This document shows positions 7,642 to 15,890 of a DNA stretch of 64,000 nucleotides, in pieces. Positions within the stretch are counted from its first letter, which is position 1, and each line of letters begins with the position of its first letter. The DNA lies in the IMG/VR virus record IMGVR_UViG_3300045988_044010, one strand, 5' to 3'. A program made the position numbers and the translations under genes. This DNA comes from a virus. The notes under the pieces were generated by a model, which was not told the origin of the DNA, did not search any database, and saw only the letters and a list, made by a program, of their open reading frames with translations.

Positions 7642-8088
7642 TTTTTACATAATCTTAAATTGTTAGTTAATAATAATGACGACGCCTAGGGCACTCTAGG
7701 ATAATTTAATAAGACGTGTAAGTGCCTACACGAATCCTACATCAAACGACTTTTCTAGATTGTTAATAAAGAAACCATTTGTTAATAATAAATCTAAGTC
7801 TTTTTTAAGTGTTAAAAATTTATTAGATTAGCTCTCTGTTTAAACACTGAACATATGTTCCTTAGAAGTTGCTAATTCCTAAGTGTGTACCTGATTTTAA
7901 CGTCCGCACGATCGTAATATTTGCAATTATCAGTACTAATTAGAGCAATTGCCACCCTTCTTCTCCCGCTTAAAAATACTACTTACGCCCCACAGGTTTG
8001 TCATCTTCTGATGACGCCACATCTATTCTCACGAACTAATGTAGCTTGGCTGTAAATAAAGTTTAATCTTTACTTCCTTTTTGACTCA

Positions 8089-8544
8089 TTAACGCCTTAA
8101 TGAGTCTCTTGGATTCCTTGCAGAATCTACACTTAACATGGGTGTAATAACGTCTTTTTGTATAATTGCGCCATGTTGCACATCCTTGTATCTAGATTTG
8201 TTTGACTCATATATGTTAACAATGTCAGCAATAGACAATGATGTACCATGTGTCATCAAAATATCTACTAATATTACGTCTGATAAAGACAAAAATACAC
8301 TGTCAACACGTTGACTTTCCTTCAAATCATTTCTGGCTTGAAGTACATCCTGTACAGTTAATACAGGTTCTACCTCTATTTGAGGTTCTTGTGATACATT
8401 TTCCTTTTCAGGATTAATGCTCTCAGCTATTCGGTCATGCCCAAAATAGACTGATACTCCTACGAATATGGCTAATACCAATGCAAATAGGATACTCCAG
8501 AAGATTGTATTTCCTCTGTTTGGCTGACGATCAAGTTCTTCCAT
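8089..8544 (-). CDS. membrane-anchored protein
   Basis: ORF track; N-terminal TM segment IFWSILFALVLAIFVGVSVYF. Confidence 0.65.
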   Translation of the reverse strand: MEELDRQPNRGNTIFWSILFALVLAIFVGVSVYFGHDRIAESINPEKENVSQEPQIEVEPVLTVQDVLQARNDLKESQRVDSVFLSLSDVILVDILMTHGTSLSIADIVNIYESNKSRYKDVQHGAIIQKDVITPMLSVDSARNPRDSLRR

Positions 8545-8547
8545 ACT

Positions 8548-8727
8548 TTAGTCCTCCATTTTTTCTAACATGTTAGACACTACGGATGCAGTTTCGATAA
8601 TGTCGAACGTTTCTCCGGAAATACTGATCAAAGCACCTTCGTTATTGCCACAGCAATAATCAAAAGATGTAGAAGTAAATACTAATTCTTCTCCGTCCAC
8701 TGTGTGGACTGTAGCACTTTTTTTCAT
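8548..8727 (-). CDS. hypothetical 59-aa protein
   Basis: Hand-translated MKKSATVHTVDGEELVF...NMLEKMED. Its leader is near-identical to that of gene 1..1557. Confidence 0.55.
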   Translation of the reverse strand: MKKSATVHTVDGEELVFTSTSFDYCCGNNEGALISISGETFDIIETASVVSNMLEKMED

Positions 8728-8754
8728 TTTGATAATGTTTTTAATTGTTAATAA

Positions 8755-9063
8755 TTATTTAATAGTATCACCTACAAAGTATACATTCATATACAGATAA
8801 TCTGCAACGTATGCTTTATATTCATCTCCAGTAACAGGATTTACTAAGTAGAATACATAATCTTTATCAGTTTCCTGATATTTGTTTGTTAATATGTATC
8901 TCTTAAACCTCATTTGTAAGTCTACAAAGTTGTAGGGGTCCTTAGTATCTTCAGTAATTTGTTTATAGATTAATAGACTTAACCAACAAATAATCAGAAT
9001 AGATACTACAATCATACTAATCCTATTAAGGATGTTGTGATTCGCTTTTACTTTGACTGCCAT
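8755..9063 (-). CDS. membrane protein
   Basis: ORF track; one TM segment. Confidence 0.6.
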   Translation of the reverse strand: MAVKVKANHNILNRISMIVVSILIICWLSLLIYKQITEDTKDPYNFVDLQMRFKRYILTNKYQETDKDYVFYLVNPVTGDEYKAYVADYLYMNVYFVGDTIK

Positions 9064-9187
9064 CTCTTCTTATTTCTCTCCACAGTGAAATGTAACCTAC
9101 TATTACTACTAACACTATAACAATACATGCAATAATTAGGAATGCGTTAAAGATTGTAATTAACAAATTTCCTTCTACTGTGTACAT
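9026..9187 (-). CDS. small membrane protein (53 aa)
   Basis: Hand-translated MYTVEGNLLITIFNAFLIIACIVIVLVVIVGYISLWRE...; overlaps the start of the next gene. Confidence 0.45.
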   Translation of the reverse strand: MYTVEGNLLITIFNAFLIIACIVIVLVVIVGYISLWREIRRDGSQSKSESQHP

Positions 9188-9198
9188 AGAATTTTAAT

Positions 9199-9486
9199 TT
9201 ATATTAACCGCGCTTTATTAAATAAATTAAGCCAAAAATCGTTACCTTTTTCTGATTTGCGCCAAGTAAATGATCTTAGTATAATAATGTGTGGAAAGTC
9301 TGTCATTAAGTTAATAATCCGTCTTGTTTTGTTATAGTTTGGCATTACTAGGCTATTAACTTCTGTATCTTTAATAAGATTTCTTACAAAAGCACTTAAA
9401 GCTTTCTCTTCTATAAGTAACTTAAGCAATTCATAAGGCATTTCAGTTACTATCAGATGCCTTAAACATTGTTTCTTTTCTTTCAT
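9199..9486 (-). CDS. hypothetical protein, tandem paralogue of 9507..9785
   Basis: Start moved to the ATG at 9486 (MKEKKQCLRHLIVTEMPYELLKLLIE) to match the paralogue's N-terminus. Confidence 0.6.
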   Translation of the reverse strand: MKEKKQCLRHLIVTEMPYELLKLLIEEKALSAFVRNLIKDTEVNSLVMPNYNKTRRIINLMTDFPHIIILRSFTWRKSEKGNDFWLNLFNKARLI

Positions 9487-9506
9487 GCTATTATAAATTA
9501 AATTAA

Positions 9507-9785
9507 CTACTCTAATATTCTTTTGCAACTTTCTTTATATAAAATATACCAAAAGCTAGTGTTCATTGTATTATACCATCTAAATGCCGATATAATGATA
9601 TTAGGAGTAGATTTTCTCATTAATAGAGTAATTTGGTATCTTTGACTAAAGTCATCTAATGTAGAATGGCTATCGATAGTATTTACTATAAACTTATGTA
9701 GAGCTTTTTTCTCTATTAATAGTTTAAGTAATTCGTAGGGCATTTCAGTTACTATTAAATGCTGTAGAGATTGTTCTTTCTTCAT
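9507..9785 (-). CDS. hypothetical protein, tandem paralogue of 9199..9486 (TAG stop)
   Basis: MKKEQSLQHLIVTEMPYELLKLLIEKKAL is shared with its neighbour. Confidence 0.6.
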   Translation of the reverse strand: MKKEQSLQHLIVTEMPYELLKLLIEKKALHKFIVNTIDSHSTLDDFSQRYQITLLMRKSTPNIIISAFRWYNTMNTSFWYILYKESCKRILE

Positions 9786-9982
9786 ATTACTGATTATTGA
9801 TTAATACTCTTAAATAATTTAAACACATTAGCTTCGCATGTAAACTAGGAAGGTTTGTTTTTAACATGCTACTGGACCACGTATCGCCACGATGAGGCTG
9901 TGTTTATGATAGGGAAACTACTACAATACCTTATTTGACACGGATTTTACATGTAGTAGTTGATAAAAGATATGTAATACTC

Positions 9983-10378
9983 CTATTTTATTTCAATTTC
10001 AAAGCCATTATACTTAAACTGTCTTTCTATGTTTTCCATAGTCTCTTTGTCTAATTCTTCTGTATATAGCTTTTTCATCGGAATTTTAGTAACATTTGAT
10101 TTATCGTCTGTGTACATATCAACTAAATCTTTTGTTTCCTTTAATCCTGTACTGAAGAGATCTTTTAGTACTTTGATTGCTTGTAATTTGCGAGTTGCTG
10201 TACCTATTATAGTTAATAGTACGTCTTTCTTTGTCTCTTCTCCTGTTATTAAAACAGATAAGAAAGCGTCAATAGCTGGTTCATTAGAGAATGTATCTAA
10301 TGCTTGAGCTAGTTTTTCTTCAGTTATTTGATTACGTACAAATAGACTGTTAAGCACATATTTCTGAATTGAGTTCAT
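9983..10378 (-). CDS. ribosomal protein bL12 (L7/L12) C-terminal-domain homologue with an unrelated N-terminal region (TAG stop)
   Basis: DVLLTIIGTATRKLQAIKVLKDLFSTGLKETKDLVD...GFEIEIK aligns with E. coli L7/L12 [34 protein letters not shown]...GAEVEVK. Confidence 0.7.
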   Translation of the reverse strand: MNSIQKYVLNSLFVRNQITEEKLAQALDTFSNEPAIDAFLSVLITGEETKKDVLLTIIGTATRKLQAIKVLKDLFSTGLKETKDLVDMYTDDKSNVTKIPMKKLYTEELDKETMENIERQFKYNGFEIEIK

Positions 10379-10410
10379 ATATATAATATTTGGTTAATAA
10401 TCAAATAAAA

Positions 10411-11179
10411 AAGCAGAGGTAGTATCATCGTATACTATAATCTTACATGTACTAGATTATAGTATAATATTATCTAAGATAATACTTTCATTGGTGACCT
10501 ATGCTCTGCTTTATAATACTTATTGTTCAGTTAGTATTATACTGTCAAGCACTACAGTTTCATGTAGTTGTACTATTCCCTTGCTTGCTTTGGTTGGTTG
10601 CCATTAAAAAGAGTTGCACCATCACAATGAACCTAATCATGATGCCTCTACCACGTGGATTATAATATAATATAGATATCGTCAGCTTGTGCATTGCAAT
10701 ATTCTATATCTAATATTATATTATTCTTTGACTCTGCTCCATACTAGTTTTTCTAGTACGTCCCTGACTTGTCACAGGTTAACTGTAGCATTAAAGAAAA
10801 GAGTTATAATAATATAGTATGTTAGCGTTACCTAACTATTTACAAGGGCATACCTTACCTCTATTATTATAACTGTACGTGGTCAAACTTATCCATCTCG
10901 GACTTGTAGTTATTTGCATTTCGAAGATTATCTACTTTGCGACAAATCTATTTTATATAATGAGTATTGTTATTCTATTTGAAACTACACTATCTTCACA
11001 GACTATGTAGTTATTACCTTTCTCTAGATTCAAGAAAGGAGGTCTTTCTACAACTATTATTATGGGTTCAAAAAGTTTGGTTAAAACTCTTAATCGCCAC
11101 CGTCTTTCACGGCTTGCGTCAGATTTCCCTACCAAGCTCTTACGAGTATTTATATAATGATAGCACTGATGATTAAGAG
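10411..11179. repeat. series of stem-closed modules and long AT-rich inverted repeats in an ORF-free region
   Basis: Inverted repeats: 10411-10418/10504-10511; perfect 13 bp at 10431-10443/10454-10466; palindrome 10468-10484; 18/19 bp at 10662-10679/10706-10724; 10802-10817/10861-10874; 11087-11095/11171-11179. Confidence 0.6.
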
Positions 11180-11402
11180 TTTATTTATACTTCTATTAAC
11201 TATAGCATTTTACACCTAAAACTTATAACTGCGCAACGCATAGCCTGAATGTCACACGTTCTCTATCAGTCCACAGAATTCACTGCTTCATCTGGCAGCT
11301 GAGTACGCCCTTACGTCTGCCAACTATACTATTATAAGAAACTGGTGCCCTCAATGTCTTGGGAAGTTATTGAGTTTTTTATTGTTGTTGTCGATTATTG
11401 TC

Positions 11403-11440
11403 TTTTAAAACCAGTTTTTCTGTCATAATGGAAAACTGGT
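11403..11440 (-). terminator. intrinsic-terminator-like hairpin
   Basis: Minus strand: ACCAGTTTTC-CATTATGACA-GAAAAACTGGT followed by TTTT. Confidence 0.5.
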
Positions 11441-11525
11441 AAACCACTTTGCTAAGACCTCGAGTTTTATTTGCGAGTTATGACTTATTTTGTTTCTGTC
11501 TGAATTATGTAATTGTTTTGCTAAA

Positions 11526-11558
11526 CAAAAAAAGAGGCTAGCCTTTCGGCTAGCTCTC
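11526..11558 (-). terminator. rho-independent terminator of gene 11562..12155
   Basis: Minus strand: GAGAGCTAGCC-GAAA-GGCTAGCCTC followed by TTTTTTT, starting 3 nt after the stop. Confidence 0.8.
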
Positions 11559-11561
11559 TAA

Positions 11562-12155
11562 TTACCAATTATCGCCTTGTTGCTGTTCTTTTGGTGCTGT
11601 GAACGTTGCTCCGTCTTTCTCATTGACTTTGATTACTTCATCGTCAGCTTTCTGAGGAGTTGTATCTTCCTTAATTGCAGTGCAATAAGCTCCAAACGCT
11701 CTTTGTCCTTGTTCAATAGGACTTTCTCCGACAGCAAATTGCTTAACTCCGTCTTCGTCAACGAATTGGCGGCAGAACACACGCAAGGTTGTGTAGATAA
11801 TTGGGTTTCCATCTTTGTCTTTGACATAATCTCCGACTTTGATGTTTAATTCAGGGTGTGCACTCAAATGTTTCTTGTAAAACTTCTGAGCTGGTGTAAA
11901 ATCACACCATACACCATAGATCGTGCGATACTTTTCAGGTATCTCCTGTGCAGTTTCGGCTTTTCCGCCTTTGTCTGTAGGAAGTAGGTCTTTGTATTTG
12001 TTTACAATGTTCTCAGAGAAACAAACAAATGACTGTGCATCAGCAAAAGGGTCATTTAAGTTTTCTAATTTACCTACTAGATAACGCTTTCCGGCGTTTT
12101 GTTTTCCGTCAGCTACTTTTCTGATTTCTGGATCATTAATGATAAAACGTGCCAT
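11562..12155 (-). CDS. hypothetical protein (possibly an abundant DNA-binding/SSB-like protein; function not established)
   Basis: ORF track; strong dedicated terminator; acidic/aromatic C-terminal tail ...QQQGDNW. Confidence 0.7.
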   Translation of the reverse strand: MARFIINDPEIRKVADGKQNAGKRYLVGKLENLNDPFADAQSFVCFSENIVNKYKDLLPTDKGGKAETAQEIPEKYRTIYGVWCDFTPAQKFYKKHLSAHPELNIKVGDYVKDKDGNPIIYTTLRVFCRQFVDEDGVKQFAVGESPIEQGQRAFGAYCTAIKEDTTPQKADDEVIKVNEKDGATFTAPKEQQQGDNW

Positions 12156-12498
12156 AATACATGTATTTTAATTGGTGAATAATCAAGAAAGCTATATATT
12201 ACTTGGTGAAGTAATAGTGAGGTCTTTTACAGTGTCTCTTAACTGGAGTGGTTTTTATACACTACCACATCTAAACGTAATCGTTATATAACGCTCACAC
12301 GATATTGCGGGAAGAACTGTTCCTTTTCCTCCATTTTTTGGCAGTTGTGGATGACTTGCCCCTGTGCGCAGCTGGTGACAGTACCATGTACCTAGCTGTA
12401 GATACAGGATACTGTGTACCATATACTGTGTAGCGAACCCTATTGGTTTGCTGTGCGATTGGTGTTTGTTGTGGTTTGACTTGCTTCTGTAATTGGTG

Positions 12499-12588
12499 TT
12501 AATCTTTCTTTCTTGAGTAATAGACTATGATGCCTATCACAATAAAACCAAATACTATCTGTACGAACTTCCAAGTTGCATGGTCCAT
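12499..12588 (-). CDS. possible 29-aa membrane peptide
   Basis: Hand-translated MDHATWKFVQIVFGFIVIGIIVYYSRKKD. Confidence 0.35.
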   Translation of the reverse strand: MDHATWKFVQIVFGFIVIGIIVYYSRKKD

Positions 12589-12616
12589 ATTTATTTAAAT
12601 TATGTTAATAATCGTT

Positions 12617-12643
12617 AATAAAAGGGAGCCCCGAAGGACTCCC
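12617..12643 (-). terminator. rho-independent terminator of 12653..12862
   Basis: Minus strand: GGGAGTCC-TTCG-GGGCTCCC followed by TTTTATT. Confidence 0.75.
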
Positions 12644-12652
12644 AAGGCTATA

Positions 12653-12862
12653 CTACCACAAATACAAGAATCTTGCAATGCGAATAGCTAACCCAGTGAA
12701 AGCTACACCTACTCCCCATCTCCACACTGTCAACCAAGCATGGAAATCGTATACTTCCCTTATCATCATAACAACGGGAGTCATACACATGATTAAAATA
12801 CCAAGGCAGATCAGTGTGCTACCAGCATCTTTCAACTTTAACAGTTTTTCACTCTGTTTCAT
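12653..12862 (-). CDS. small membrane protein (TAG stop followed by a terminator)
   Basis: ORF track; two hydrophobic segments. Confidence 0.6.
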   Translation of the reverse strand: MKQSEKLLKLKDAGSTLICLGILIMCMTPVVMMIREVYDFHAWLTVWRWGVGVAFTGLAIRIARFLYLW

Positions 12863-12928
12863 AATTAATTGAATTAAATGTTAATAAATGTAAGAGTACG
12901 CAACAGCTTTTACGTTTAATGCAGTCTC

Positions 12929-13126
12929 TTATTTGGAGACTGCTGCACATTCTAAAGTAAACCTAGCAGGTATAACTACTATATGAGTATATTCAGAATT
13001 TCTGGTCATAATAGTTGCATAATCTTCTGCATCTCTGCGACCATCATCTGTGTTGGGGAATACTTCAACAACTATAGGTTTAACACATGCTGAAACATAC
13101 AATTTGAGTACATAAATCTTGTCCAT
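12929..13126 (-). CDS. hypothetical protein
   Basis: ORF track. Confidence 0.55.
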   Translation of the reverse strand: MDKIYVLKLYVSACVKPIVVEVFPNTDDGRRDAEDYATIMTRNSEYTHIVVIPARFTLECAAVSK

Positions 13127-13493
13127 ATCTTGATAATTTAAAGTGAATAATCAAAAGAATAGTTCTTTTCACTCCAACAGAAGAACTATAAAGACTGTCT
13201 CGAACATTCAAGGCGTTTACAACTTGAACTAGAGTTGGTTCTTTTCGGCATTGTGGAAGAACTTATAGACCACACTCGCAACACCTCACCCAGCCTTACG
13301 CACATCAAGGTTATGCCAATCAAAGGCAACAGGAGCTGAATTGCCCCTGTTAGCCATGTTACTCAAAGTCAAACCAAGAGTCTACATAGTCGTAGTCCTG
13401 ATCAGACGGTTCGAAAATACAATCAGATAATCCCATAATTATATAAATTAAAAGTTAAACATCCAATAATAGAGAACTGAGGCTTGAATTGCC

Positions 13494-13628
13494 TCAGTGT
13501 TCTAAATATAACTCGACAATGTAGTCGAGATTATCTTCAAGGACATACTTGTCAATGTAATCATGCAAACTTAATTGAGATTTACTAGATGCCCAGCTTC
13601 TGACAATGGCTTTGATGTAGATGTTCAT
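13494..13628 (-). CDS. possible 44-aa protein, first gene of the minus-strand arm
   Basis: Hand-translated MNIYIKAIVRSWASSKSQLSLHDYIDKYVLEDNLDYIVELYLEH. The stop overlaps hairpin 13477-13497. Confidence 0.4.
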   Translation of the reverse strand: MNIYIKAIVRSWASSKSQLSLHDYIDKYVLEDNLDYIVELYLEH

Positions 13629-13796
13629 GCTTTTAAATGGTTTTAATTAATGATGGCGGGGACTTCCCCCGATCTATGGGAGCCGGGGGTGACTTGATGT
13701 GCTGTTCCACACATTCACTTTTTCTCTCATAATTTTCATACCCCCTATCTAAATTTTGGTTACTAAAAAATTTTTATATATTTTTTTCTTAAATAA

Positions 13797-13851
13797 TGTT
13801 AAATAATCACTGCTAAATAGCCCTAAACATTGTTAATAAGTGTTAACAAAT
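13797..13851 (+). promoter_or_regulatory. TGTTAA repeat cluster including the 11-mer TGTTAACAAAT
   Basis: TGTTAA at 13797, 13831 and 13841. The 11-mer at 13841-13851 recurs at 15875-15885. Lies about 140 nt upstream of the first plus-strand gene. Confidence 0.4.
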
Positions 13852-13985
13852 AGGCAACCTAACCACACAAACAAGCGTTTATATGGGGGTAAGGGGGATA
13901 TTACTACAAACTGTATATCTTAAGTAAGTAGTAATAATTATTTTTTATTAGTATATACTCTTACTTTAGATAATACAATTGAGAT

Positions 13986-14258
13986 ATGAAAAGAAAGATA
14001 GAAAAAGATTTAATGTTTATCATAGAGAGTGAAATAAGAACTGACTTATGCATCTTAGATAAAGTAGAAAGAGATGTAGAAGTTAATGTCTACTTAAGTA
14101 AGAACTTAATGGATAGACTACTTGAACAACGAGATATCAAAGCAGAATTAGTTCAACCTAGAGTGCTGAAATATAAAACAACTGATAATCTCCTAATAAC
14201 ACTTTATCAAGTAGATGCTTTTGATAATGATGAATATGATATAAGTTACGATATATGA
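13986..14258 (+). CDS. hypothetical protein
   Basis: ORF track; ATGA overlap with the next gene. Confidence 0.65.
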   Translation: MKRKIEKDLMFIIESEIRTDLCILDKVERDVEVNVYLSKNLMDRLLEQRDIKAELVQPRVLKYKTTDNLLITLYQVDAFDNDEYDISYDI

Positions 14259-14482
14259 AAAATATTAAATACAAATATACCAATACTAAAGCGCGTTCAC
14301 CTTTTGGTGATTATTTAAACTTCAACATAGCAAGAGAATTAATGAGCAGTAATGATAAAGAGTTTATAGGATCAACTGATGACGGTTGGAGTAGTATATA
14401 TAAGATTAATAACGTATATTACGTAAGTAGATCTAACGATATGGGTGAATATTATTTAACAGAAGTAGAATTAATAGATTAA
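14255..14482 (+). CDS. hypothetical protein
   Basis: ORF track. Confidence 0.65.
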   Translation: MKNIKYKYTNTKARSPFGDYLNFNIARELMSSNDKEFIGSTDDGWSSIYKINNVYYVSRSNDMGEYYLTEVELID

Positions 14483-14486
14483 GACT

Positions 14487-14681
14487 ATGAAACAACAAGA
14501 ACAAATGCCATTAGCATACTCTGGCAAATACATAGATTACAAATCAAAGACTTATTTTTTAGCACCAGAAAAATCACAGGGTGGTTGCATGGGTTGCGAT
14601 TTACTAGGTGGAGGTATCTGTACTAAACAGTTAACAGACTACTGTAGACAAGGTTATATACTTAAGAAGGTTGAATTATGA
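14487..14681 (+). CDS. small Cys-rich protein, paralogue of 14890..15090
   Basis: Shared pattern: GGCMGCDLLGGGICTKQLTDYCRQGYILK versus GSCDGCAFIGSGKCPQRAVTYCCSNGGNILIK. Confidence 0.65.
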   Translation: MKQQEQMPLAYSGKYIDYKSKTYFLAPEKSQGGCMGCDLLGGGICTKQLTDYCRQGYILKKVEL

Positions 14682-14878
14682 AATTAATTGATGTAAATAA
14701 GATTAACTGGGAAAAGATTTTTGGAGGCTGCGTATTTCCTTTAGACTTACTTAATGAAGACTACGATTCATCCATAAAACCAGAAGATTATATTTGGGAA
14801 GTCATAAGTAAGCTAGAACCAGCTACTCCAATAGAAGAAGACTTCAATCCTTGGACAGATAGAGAATACGCATTATAA
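14678..14878 (+). CDS. hypothetical protein
   Basis: ORF track; ATGA overlap. Confidence 0.6.
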   Translation: MKLIDVNKINWEKIFGGCVFPLDLLNEDYDSSIKPEDYIWEVISKLEPATPIEEDFNPWTDREYAL

Positions 14879-14889
14879 ATAATATTATT

Positions 14890-15090
14890 ATGACAATATA
14901 CGATTCAGAATTAGCAGAGATAATCAAAAGCCAAACTCCAGTAGAGATCAACGGTTTGCAATATATAATAGAGCCTAACAGATCAGGTAGTTGTGATGGC
15001 TGTGCTTTCATAGGTAGTGGTAAATGCCCACAAAGAGCAGTAACTTATTGTTGCTCAAATGGTGGAAATATACTAATAAAAGCTAAATAA
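14890..15090 (+). CDS. small Cys-rich protein, paralogue of 14487..14681
   Basis: See the paralogue entry. Confidence 0.65.
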   Translation: MTIYDSELAEIIKSQTPVEINGLQYIIEPNRSGSCDGCAFIGSGKCPQRAVTYCCSNGGNILIKAK

Positions 15091-15425
15091 TGATAGATAG
15101 AGATAAACTTAAAGAAGAATTTAATCAGTTAAGATTAGAACAATCTAATATTAGTTCGAGAATAAAGCATATAAATTGGGCTTTGTCTTCTACTACTGAT
15201 CAACTAGCTGAGTTATACTTAAGAAATGACATAATATTGTCTACTAAAACTACTATAAAAGGTATAGTACACGTCTTATTTGATTTAAAAAGTGATAAAG
15301 TATATCTGGTAGAAGGAAGATCAATATATAATGGTATACTTAGATTAAAAAGTATAATATCTTATAAAGATTATGTAGAATTAGAGAAACATAAAGATAA
15401 TCTAAACGTTATAGATAGAAACTAA
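15090..15425 (+). CDS. hypothetical protein
   Basis: ORF track. Confidence 0.6.
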   Translation: MIDRDKLKEEFNQLRLEQSNISSRIKHINWALSSTTDQLAELYLRNDIILSTKTTIKGIVHVLFDLKSDKVYLVEGRSIYNGILRLKSIISYKDYVELEKHKDNLNVIDRN

Positions 15426-15439
15426 GTTAAAAAAAGAAT

Positions 15440-15790
15440 ATGGAAGATAAAGTATTAGAAACAGTAGTTAATGGTATTACTTGGAATATGTTAAAAGACG
15501 TACTAGTTAAACCATTAGCACCTATTATGGTTACTAAGGAATTTACAGAACAAATTCCTAATGGTAAAGTAGATGAAAATGGGTTTAATGAGTATGATAC
15601 TCAAACAGAAACTAAAGAAGTAGAATCTGATTGGGCTACTGGCATTGTGTTGAAAATCCCTACTAATATTACCGATCCACAATTCAAGGTTGGAGATACT
15701 ATTGCTTATAATAAGAAATTTGCAATGTATTTTGATCTAGTAAAAGATACTCAACTGGTAAAACCTTATGATATTGTTGCCGTTAAGTAA
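15440..15790 (+). CDS. hypothetical protein
   Basis: ORF track; followed by a terminator. Confidence 0.65.
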   Translation: MEDKVLETVVNGITWNMLKDVLVKPLAPIMVTKEFTEQIPNGKVDENGFNEYDTQTETKEVESDWATGIVLKIPTNITDPQFKVGDTIAYNKKFAMYFDLVKDTQLVKPYDIVAVK

Positions 15791-15830
15791 TATATATTTA
15801 AACATATTTTAACCCTGCTGAAAGGCATTG

Positions 15831-15860
15831 AGAGCTCGACTTAGGTCGGGCTTTCTTTTT
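15831..15860 (+). terminator. rho-independent terminator
   Basis: AGAGCTCGAC-TTAG-GTCGGGCTTT stem, running into TTTCTTTTT. Confidence 0.7.
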
Positions 15861-15863
15861 ATA

Positions 15864-15890
15864 TGTTAATTAACTGTTAACAAATGTTAA
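15864..15890 (+). promoter_or_regulatory. three phased TGTTAA repeats including TGTTAACAAAT
   Basis: TGTTAA at 15864, 15875 and 15885, spaced 11 and 10 bp. Lies about 110 nt upstream of 15994. Confidence 0.45.

Noticed and set aside
10953-11176. Track ORFs 10953..11135 (-) and 10967..11176 (+)
   Set aside because: They are mutually antisense with non-protein-like composition, inside a region dominated by inverted repeats.
10651-12357. DnaA-box-like words (TTATCCATC at about 10890, TCATCCACA on the minus strand at about 12350)
   Set aside because: These are single imperfect matches, not clustered, and insufficient to call an origin.
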